Source of the DNA: Bacteroidales bacterium
GTDB taxonomy: Bacteria; Bacteroidota; Bacteroidia; Bacteroidales; UBA12077
NCBI GenBank assembly: GCA_963665525.1
Contig: OY762280.1
Coordinates: forward strand, 3,597,410-3,661,409
Reading direction: 5' to 3'
DNA length: 64,000 bases
Below the pieces are notes generated by a model. It made no database searches. It saw only the letters and a program-made list of their open reading frames with translations, and had not been told where the DNA came from. This document shows positions 57,129 through 64,000 of this stretch, piece after piece; the first letter of the stretch is position 1, and each line of letters begins with the position of its first letter. A program made the translations under genes and the position numbers.

Positions 57129-59963
57129 ATGAAAAAATTCTATTATCTCATATCTGCTATTATAATTGTCATTATTGGAGTAAATGCATATTATGGTTAT
57201 CATATATACAGTCAACAATTAAATTTTCATTCAGACATGCTCACTAACCAGGCACAAATTTGTGGTTGGGAAATTGAACAGTCAGGCTACGAATTTGAAA
57301 ACGAAATCAATTACATTGTTTTTTCATCAGATATAGCCAACTTCTTTGAAGACTCTGAAAACATTGATTTAAAAGTCAAGAAACTCGAATTATTTTATTT
57401 TAAGTATCAAAGACTAATAAAGAATATTAAAATCATTGATAACCATAAAAATGTATTCAGCTTATTTAAAGATAAAACCAACCATTTTATTAGTGACTAT
57501 TACCCATCGCAAAGACAACAAAAATTGCGAGATAAAGAAACTGTTTTTCTAAATAATGATGGTAGAACCTATATTTATGTGCTGCCAGTATTTAAAGATA
57601 ATGAAACCGTAGTGAATATTCTAATAAAAGCAGATATCAACAATTATATCAATTCTGTTTTTGAGAATTACCACCTTGGAAATACATTGTGGCAATGGTT
57701 AGTAAGCGCAGAAGGAACCATTGTTTCAAATAATCTAACTCGTGATACGATTTCGGTTAGTCATCTTAATAAAATATCTGATGACATTAAAAATGGTTTT
57801 AACGGAACAATTCTGCATAAAGTTGAAACGGTTGATTCAAAAAATGAATATTTATCATCTTACTATCCTTTGCGAATATTAACCTACGATTTGGGCATCG
57901 TTTTTTCTTTAGAAACCAAAATCATTTTAAGCACTGTAATCACAAATTCAATCATTGTTGGGGCCTCTACATCCTTAATTCTTATAGCCATAATCATATT
58001 CTTCATTTTCTTTATCCGTAAAAAGAAAAAAGAAGAAAAAGCCACTCGTAAAACACTTACTGCCATGCAGGAAATTCTGGAATCTCTTCCTATTGGTATT
58101 ATGATGCTTGGAGAAAATAAAGTAGTAAAAAGCTTAAATAAAACAGCCGTTGAAATTTTTGGCTTAAAAGACGAAAATGAATTAGTTGGTAAAAACATTA
58201 CAGATCAATTCTTAATCTCACGAAATTTTCAAGATTCCGACTCCTTCGCATATACTGATAACTTAAATCAGTTTGTTTATTATGATGATAACGATAATGA
58301 AATCATCATTTATAAGAAAGAAATTCCTTTCATAATGGAAAGCGAAGAAGGTTCTCTTGAAGCCTTTATGGATATAACCCCTGTTGAAATTGCCAGAAAA
58401 AGAGAAGTTGCTGCCAATAAAGCCAAATCTGATTTTCTTGCTAAAATGAGCCATGAAATTAGAACACCATTAAATGGAATTATTGGTATGGCTAATACTT
58501 TAGAAAGTTTAGATTTAAATGATAAACAAACCGATGCTGTAAATATCATCTTAAAATCAGCCGATTTATTACTTTCTATTATCAATGACATTCTTGATTT
58601 CTCTAAGATTGAAGCAGGCAAAATGATCATTGAAGAAACACCATTTAAGTTACGCGAAGAAGTAGATGCTACTGTCTCTTTATTCAACCCAAGAGCCCAG
58701 GAAAAAGGCATTCAGCTCATATCCGATATAAAAAGTGAAGTGCCCGATGGAATTATAGGAGATCCATTTAGGTTAAAACAAGTTATATCAAATTTGATTG
58801 GAAATGCGATTAAGTTTACTTACGAAGGGAAAATAGTATTAAGTGTTGAGTTTGTTAAGAAAAACAATAGTTATCTAACTCTCCTTTTTGCAATTGAAGA
58901 TACTGGCATCGGTATTCCAAAAGAAAAGTTAAGTGACATTTTTGCTTCGTTCTCACAAGCAGATGGATCAACAACCAGAAAATACGGTGGAACTGGTTTA
59001 GGAATTACTATATCAAAACAACTCGTTGAGTTAATGGGAGGAGAAATGTGGGTTGAAAGTCCATCTTCTATTTCAACAGACCCTCAGTATAATGGATCTA
59101 AATTTTCATTTACTATTCAGGTTCATTCTAACGAAAAACTAAGCAAAGAAGTAGATGTTTCCAATATTGTTGATTATAATCAGATTAATGTTTTGATTGT
59201 TAATGATAAACCAGAAGAAGAAAAAACTTTATGGCTCTCATTCACCAGCTTCGAAACAAATAACGAACAAATTAATCCAAAAGATAAAGCCCTGGAAAAA
59301 ATAGAAGAAAGCTTAAAATCTAATAAACGCTATCATTTAATACTTATTAAAGATAATGCCAACTTTGACGGAATTGGATTTGCTCGTAAACTTCATGAAA
59401 AAGGATTGTCAGATAAGTTTTTCATTGCCATTGTCAGTTCAAATGATCAACCGGGTAATTATGTAAAATGCCGAATGAATAATGTCGATTATTATTTAAT
59501 TAAACCCTATGAGGCTTCTGAAGTATTTGAGATATTACAGGATAACTTTACCAATTTAAAAATTAAAGAAAAAGAACTGCCAGAATTAAATAGATTAAAA
59601 AAGAAAATAAAGATTTTACTTGCCGAAGATAATATTATTAATCAACGTGTGGCACAAACCATTTTTAAGAATCTTGGTTACGAAATTACCATCGCCCAGA
59701 ATGGACAACAGTGTGTTGATACCATAAAAAAAGGTGATTTTGATATTATTTTCATGGATATTATGATGCCCGAGAAAGATGGCCTGGAAGCTACAGCAGA
59801 AATTCGTAGTGCCGGATATAAAATGCCTATTGTTGCAATGACAGCTAATGCCCGTGAAGAAGATAAAACAAAAGCTTTTGATAGTGGTATGAATCATTAT
59901 CTTTCAAAACCTGTGAGGATTGAAGAAATAAAAGAAGTCTTGATTAGGTATTTCTCTGAATAA
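57129..59963 (+). CDS. Hybrid sensor histidine kinase with a periplasmic domain, PAS, HisKA, HATPase_c, an internal receiver-like domain and a C-terminal REC
   Basis: H-box LAKMSHEIRTPLNGIIG. NLIGNAIKFT, DTGIGI and GGTGLGI motifs. Internal receiver-like segment INVLIVNDKPEE...HLILIKDNANFDG...YYLIKPY. Canonical REC ILLAEDNIINQ...DIIFMDIMMPEKDG...LSKP. Confidence 0.88.
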   Translation: MKKFYYLISAIIIVIIGVNAYYGYHIYSQQLNFHSDMLTNQAQICGWEIEQSGYEFENEINYIVFSSDIANFFEDSENIDLKVKKLELFYFKYQRLIKNIKIIDNHKNVFSLFKDKTNHFISDYYPSQRQQKLRDKETVFLNNDGRTYIYVLPVFKDNETVVNILIKADINNYINSVFENYHLGNTLWQWLVSAEGTIVSNNLTRDTISVSHLNKISDDIKNGFNGTILHKVETVDSKNEYLSSYYPLRILTYDLGIVFSLETKIILSTVITNSIIVGASTSLILIAIIIFFIFFIRKKKKEEKATRKTLTAMQEILESLPIGIMMLGENKVVKSLNKTAVEIFGLKDENELVGKNITDQFLISRNFQDSDSFAYTDNLNQFVYYDDNDNEIIIYKKEIPFIMESEEGSLEAFMDITPVEIARKREVAANKAKSDFLAKMSHEIRTPLNGIIGMANTLESLDLNDKQTDAVNIILKSADLLLSIINDILDFSKIEAGKMIIEETPFKLREEVDATVSLFNPRAQEKGIQLISDIKSEVPDGIIGDPFRLKQVISNLIGNAIKFTYEGKIVLSVEFVKKNNSYLTLLFAIEDTGIGIPKEKLSDIFASFSQADGSTTRKYGGTGLGITISKQLVELMGGEMWVESPSSISTDPQYNGSKFSFTIQVHSNEKLSKEVDVSNIVDYNQINVLIVNDKPEEEKTLWLSFTSFETNNEQINPKDKALEKIEESLKSNKRYHLILIKDNANFDGIGFARKLHEKGLSDKFFIAIVSSNDQPGNYVKCRMNNVDYYLIKPYEASEVFEILQDNFTNLKIKEKELPELNRLKKKIKILLAEDNIINQRVAQTIFKNLGYEITIAQNGQQCVDTIKKGDFDIIFMDIMMPEKDGLEATAEIRSAGYKMPIVAMTANAREEDKTKAFDSGMNHYLSKPVRIEEIKEVLIRYFSE

Positions 59964-60049
59964 ATATAGAAACTACTAACAATAAATTTTTTTTATTAAA
60001 CCTAGCTATAGTTATTCGATGGTCATTCAATTGTAAATAGTTACATCAT

Positions 60050-60409
60050 ATGAAATTAGAAGAATTACAAGTTTATCAACTCTCAATGAAATTAGGTGAA
60101 AGAGTCTGGAATATTATTGTAGAATGGGATTATTTCATTAAAGATACTATTGGTAAACAATTGATAAGAGCTGTTGATTCTATTGCAGCAAATTTAAGTG
60201 AAGGCTTTGGTCGTTTTCATTATAAAGACTCCAATAAATTCAATTATTACTCCAGAGGATCTCTTTATGAAACAAAAACATGGTTAACAAAAGCCTATAA
60301 TAGAAAATTAATTTCTGAAGATGATTACCAATATTTTCAACATGAAATAAATAATATTGGTGTTAAGCTTAATAATTACATTAAATCAATTGGCAATAAA
60401 ATTAGCTAA
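60050..60409 (+). CDS. Four-helix-bundle protein (23S rRNA intervening-sequence protein / Avd family)
   Basis: LEELQVYQLSMKLGERVW...QLIRAVDSIAANLSEGFGR...YYSRGSLYETKTWL is the hallmark of the family. Confidence 0.85.
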   Translation: MKLEELQVYQLSMKLGERVWNIIVEWDYFIKDTIGKQLIRAVDSIAANLSEGFGRFHYKDSNKFNYYSRGSLYETKTWLTKAYNRKLISEDDYQYFQHEINNIGVKLNNYIKSIGNKIS

Positions 60410-60529
60410 ATCACAACCAAATAACTATTGCTGCACTATTGAATAACAACAGAATTGCTATTGAACATTAGCTAAAATAACATACACAAGCAAAAAAACT
60501 TTTAATAAACCAACTACAGGATAAAAAAT

Positions 60530-61297
60530 ATGACATCACACGAAATAGATTATAAAATTATCGGCGATGATATTCAACTTGTAGAAGTTGAACTAGATCC
60601 AAACGAGACAGTGATAGCAGAGGCGGGAGCTATGTTATATATGGAAGAAGGTATCCATTTTGATACTAAATTAGGCGATGGTTCTACTCCTAACCAAGGT
60701 TTAATGGGAAAGCTTCTTTCTGCAGGAAGCAGGATGTTAACTGGTGAATCGATTTTTATGACACATTTTACCAACCAGGGTTTAGGTAAAAGAAAAGTAT
60801 CTTTTGCTGCCCCTTATCCCGGAAAAATTATTCCTGTTGATTTAAAAGAATGTGGAGGACAAATCATTGTCCAAAAAGATGGCTTTTTATGTGCAGCCAT
60901 GGGAACAAAAGTGTCTATAACCTTAAATCGTCGTTTAGGAGCAGGACTTCTTGGAGGTGAAGGATTTATATTACAAAAACTCGAAGGTGATGGAAAAACT
61001 TTTTTACATGCAGGCGGAACAGTCATTGAAAAAACGCTAAATAACGAAACACTAAGAATTGATACAGGATGTATTGTAGCATATGAACCTCAAATCGATT
61101 TCAGTATTGAATCATCAGGGAGTCTTAAATCAATGGTGTTTGGTGGTGAGGGTATTTTCCTGGCTACACTCCGTGGAACAGGAAAAGTTTGGTTACAATC
61201 AATGCCTATTCGTAAGCTTATTCAACGCTTATCTCCAATGGGAGGAAATGCTAAAAAAGGTAGCCAATCCATTTTAGGAAACTTTTTAGAAGGATAA
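60530..61297 (+). CDS. TIGR00266/AIM24 (DUF124) family protein
   Basis: Y.I.G...Q.V.V.L....V.AE.GAM.YM N-terminus and GEG.F...L.G.G.V.LQS C-terminal pattern. Confidence 0.75.
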   Translation: MTSHEIDYKIIGDDIQLVEVELDPNETVIAEAGAMLYMEEGIHFDTKLGDGSTPNQGLMGKLLSAGSRMLTGESIFMTHFTNQGLGKRKVSFAAPYPGKIIPVDLKECGGQIIVQKDGFLCAAMGTKVSITLNRRLGAGLLGGEGFILQKLEGDGKTFLHAGGTVIEKTLNNETLRIDTGCIVAYEPQIDFSIESSGSLKSMVFGGEGIFLATLRGTGKVWLQSMPIRKLIQRLSPMGGNAKKGSQSILGNFLEG

Positions 61298-61316
61298 AAT
61301 TTAACTATATATTTCA

Positions 61317-61347
61317 ATCCTGACATGTTTTTAATACATGTCAGGAT
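61317..61347 (+). terminator. Strong hairpin (terminator of the preceding gene, possibly REP-like)
   Basis: 12-bp perfect stem atcctgacatgt/acatgtcaggat with loop ttttaat, followed by ATATATTTTTT. Confidence 0.7.
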
Positions 61348-61396
61348 ATATTTTTTATTCGTTTTTTTCTACTCTTGTATTCTAATATTAAGAAAT

Positions 61397-61999
61397 ATGT
61401 TATTTGAGAAAGGGAATTTATATCATATTTATAATCAGGGAAATAATAAGCAGAAAATATTTTTTATTGATGATAATTATCTCTTTTTCCTTAATAAAAT
61501 TGAAACATACATTTTACCATATGCCGATATTCTTGCCTGGTGTTTAATGCCTAATCACTTTCATTTAATGCTATTAATAAAAGAAGAAGAATTGAATACA
61601 AGTGATCCGATGACTTTAAGTCATCAGATCACTAAAAGAACATTGAATAATTCAATAGCAATAATGCTACGGTCATATACAAGAGCAATAAATAAACAAA
61701 ACGGAACAAGTGGTTCGTTATTTCGTCAAAAAACTAAAGCCGAATGTCTAAATTGCCCTAAAGGAATAAAACCATCATTTATTAATAAAAATGGAATTAC
61801 AAGAATAAACATATCAAATCCTGAAAGAGAATATCCCCAGATATGTTTTAATTATATACATCAAAATCCTGTAAAAGCGAATTTAGTTAAAGAAGAAACG
61901 GACTGGGAGTATTCATCAGCTAAAGACTATGCTGGTTTACGTTATGGAAAACTGGTAAACAAACTTATAGCAAAAAATTATCTTATCTTAGAACCTTAA
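61397..61999 (+). mobile_element. IS200-like Y1 (HUH) transposase homologue, RayT-like and probably domesticated
   Basis: YHIYNQGNNKQKIFF, HUH motif MPNHFHLML, catalytic-Tyr helix NYIHQNPVKANLV. The start is set at the ATG at 61397, because the track's extension runs through the upstream hairpin. No partner TnpB or terminal structures of a complete IS are seen. Confidence 0.7.
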
Positions 62000-62031
62000 T
62001 ATCATATTAGGATTGTGCAAAAAAATCAGTT

Positions 62032-63063
62032 ATGTCAGAAAAATTAGGTGTTTTAGAATTTTATACGCTTTCTAGGTCAATTCCTGTTATTGATGTTCGT
62101 ACTCCAAAAGAATTTGAAACAGGACATATCCCAGGAGCATATAATATTCCTATTTTTACCAATGAAGAAAGAGCTATTGTTGGAACTACCTATAAAAAGG
62201 AGGGTAAAGAACCAGCTGTATTACAAGGTTTAGAAATTGTTGGAAATAAACTACGCCTGTTTGCCGATACAGCTCGTAAATTATCGGTTAACAACACCTT
62301 ACTGGTTCATTGCTGGCGCGGAGGAATGCGCAGTGGAAGCATGGCCTGGTTATTCGAAACCGTTGGAATTAAAACCTTTATCCTGGAAGGTGGTTACAAA
62401 GCTTTCAGAAAATATGGAAAACAACAGCTTGCTGCATCAAAAAACATTATCATACTGGGAGGGCTCACCGGAAGTGGGAAAACAGAAAAGCTATTAAGGA
62501 TTAAAGAACAAGGAGAGCAGGTTGTTGACCTGGAAGGACTTGCTCACCATAAAGGTTCTGCTTTTGGATCTCTGGGTCAGGAACCTCAACCAACCAACGA
62601 ACAATTCGAAAACAACTTACTCTATGAATGGTTGTCTTTGGATATCCAAAAGCCTATCTGGCTCGAAGATGAAAGTCACTCCATCGGAGCAAACTGGATT
62701 CCAAACGAATTATTCCAAACGATGCGAACGGCTCCTGTAATAAAAGTTGAAATTGATAAAAACTTACGCATAGAACGATTGCTTAACGAATATGCAAATT
62801 TCGACTCAAAATACCTTGAAGAATGTATTTTAAGAATAGGGAAAAGGTTAGGAGGTCAAAATGTAAAAGAAGCTATAGAATCGCTTAAAAAAGGCGATTT
62901 AAGAAAGGTTGCTGATATTAGTCTTACATATTACGATAAGAGTTATAATTTTGGATTAGATCAACGAAATAAAGGCACTGTTTTTCCTATTAAGATAGAT
63001 GCTGATAATCCTGACAAAAATGCTAAAAAATTAATACGGTTTGTTAAAACCATTTCAAACTAA
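62032..63063 (+). CDS. selU: tRNA 2-selenouridine(34) synthase
   Basis: N-terminal rhodanese with active-site HCWRGGMRS, followed by the P-loop GGLTGSGKT. Length of about 343 aa is typical of SelU/MnmH. Confidence 0.88.
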   Translation: MSEKLGVLEFYTLSRSIPVIDVRTPKEFETGHIPGAYNIPIFTNEERAIVGTTYKKEGKEPAVLQGLEIVGNKLRLFADTARKLSVNNTLLVHCWRGGMRSGSMAWLFETVGIKTFILEGGYKAFRKYGKQQLAASKNIIILGGLTGSGKTEKLLRIKEQGEQVVDLEGLAHHKGSAFGSLGQEPQPTNEQFENNLLYEWLSLDIQKPIWLEDESHSIGANWIPNELFQTMRTAPVIKVEIDKNLRIERLLNEYANFDSKYLEECILRIGKRLGGQNVKEAIESLKKGDLRKVADISLTYYDKSYNFGLDQRNKGTVFPIKIDADNPDKNAKKLIRFVKTISN

Positions 63064-63071
63064 TAAAAAAA

Positions 63072-63091
63072 GGAGACAATAATTTGTCTCC
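63072..63091. terminator. Bidirectional hairpin terminator between convergent genes
   Basis: Stem ggagacaa/ttgtctcc with loop taat, flanked by an A-run (5') and a T-rich tract (3'). Confidence 0.7.
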
Positions 63092-63099
63092 CTTTATAT

Positions 63100-63951
63100 T
63101 TATTTATTTTTTCCTGCAGTCATCCCAGGATCTAACTCAAAACTTAAAGAGTGACTATTCTGCAGTACTTTTTCAGATTCTTTAAATGTGTCCTTCCAAT
63201 CAATATTCATAGTAGCAAACTGCATATCTAAAATGCGGCCTTCAATTTTAAATTTAGCTGTAAATTTTACTTCATCCCCCTTTTGCAAAATTTCTTGTTT
63301 CGATTTTCTTTCCATGTTTGCAAATTCACCTTTTTCGGTGCTTACAACCAACTTACTTGGATCAAAAATACCAACTTTGTCACCAGTATAAGTACATGTG
63401 AATTTTGCATAGGTTTCTTGTGTTCTTTGACTTACATCATTTAAGTTAATTTTAAACCCTCCTGTTTCAAAACTGTTTTTATTGGCTGGTAACTGAAACA
63501 TTTCTGCTTCTAATGCTTCTCCGTTTACTGAAACTAAATAGATTCCTTTAATCTCAACATCCAATTGCTCAACATGAAAATTTGCATCTCCTGTTACCTT
63601 AGCAACAAAGCTTTTTGATTTACCTGGAGCAATAATTAAACCTCCTGAAATTAATGATGCTAATCCACTCTTTGGTTTTGGTGAGTATGATCCATGATCA
63701 AAAGTAAATACAAACTCTTCAGGACTTACGAATATATAGTCCCGGGATTTATTCGTAACATTCACTTTCATCTGGCAAAATGCCTGCTGTGCATGTGCAT
63801 CCGAAATTTCAATCTTATAATTGTCGGTTTCAATAGCATTTACCTTTTTAAAATGATTTTCGTGATTTGGATCATTAACATCCTGAGCATTAATAATAAA
63901 TGTTGATAACAATAAGCCTAAACTTACCAATAGAATGAATTTGTGTTTCAT
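63100..63951 (-). CDS. Hypothetical secreted protein
   Basis: Signal peptide MKHKFILLVSLGLLLSTFIINAQ. The sequence is beta-rich. I do not recognise a family. Confidence 0.5.
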   Translation of the reverse strand: MKHKFILLVSLGLLLSTFIINAQDVNDPNHENHFKKVNAIETDNYKIEISDAHAQQAFCQMKVNVTNKSRDYIFVSPEEFVFTFDHGSYSPKPKSGLASLISGGLIIAPGKSKSFVAKVTGDANFHVEQLDVEIKGIYLVSVNGEALEAEMFQLPANKNSFETGGFKINLNDVSQRTQETYAKFTCTYTGDKVGIFDPSKLVVSTEKGEFANMERKSKQEILQKGDEVKFTAKFKIEGRILDMQFATMNIDWKDTFKESEKVLQNSHSLSFELDPGMTAGKNK

Positions 63952-64000
63952 GTTTTAATTTTAAAGGTTAATAAGATTTTTAAAAATGACCCTGAAGATA

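Noticed and set aside
60050-60409. Possible diversity-generating retroelement, because the four-helix-bundle protein is of the Avd family.
   Set aside because: There is no reverse transcriptase gene and no template/variable repeat pair that I could see in the surrounding 5 kb. Stand-alone copies of this family are common.

Overview
This is a low-GC chromosomal segment that looks like Bacteroidota, probably a marine or anaerobic Bacteroidia lineage. The evidence is TAnnTTTG-type -7 promoter boxes, a T9SS C-terminal sorting domain, a V-type ATPase operon containing a DUF2764 gene, an F-type atp operon without atpD/atpC, and DUF2723, DUF3108 and HU-SPOR proteins. All calls come from reading the ORF translations and the DNA by eye; no searches were run.

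Most of the window is housekeeping: efp, tsaB, typA, rsgA, xth, a SUI1/YciH homologue, selU, and an arginine decarboxylase / agmatinase / deoxyhypusine-synthase-like polyamine cluster. The rest is unusually rich in sensors, with three hybrid histidine kinase/response regulators and a GAF-PP2C phosphatase.

Two regions stand out:
1. 18.35-27.4 kb holds four tandem, co-directional paralogues of a roughly 770-aa membrane protein. Its architecture is TM, periplasmic Cache-like domain, TM, HAMP, GAF, an invariant acidic coiled coil, and a chemoreceptor-type PAS domain. I can see no kinase, MCP signalling, cyclase or DNA-binding output. The array sits directly downstream of a Cache-containing hybrid kinase and a DUF45 metallopeptidase.
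2. 29.5-43.5 kb holds a complete 7-gene V-type ATPase operon with its own promoter and terminators. It lies between the usual F-type leader genes (bactofilin, AtpZ, a small membrane protein) and atpBEFHAG, giving about 14 kb of back-to-back rotary ATPase genes on one strand.

Smaller items are a frameshifted ATP-grasp gene, an orphan Avd-like four-helix-bundle gene, and a RayT-like Y1 transposase homologue next to a strong hairpin. I saw no rRNA, tRNA or CRISPR array.
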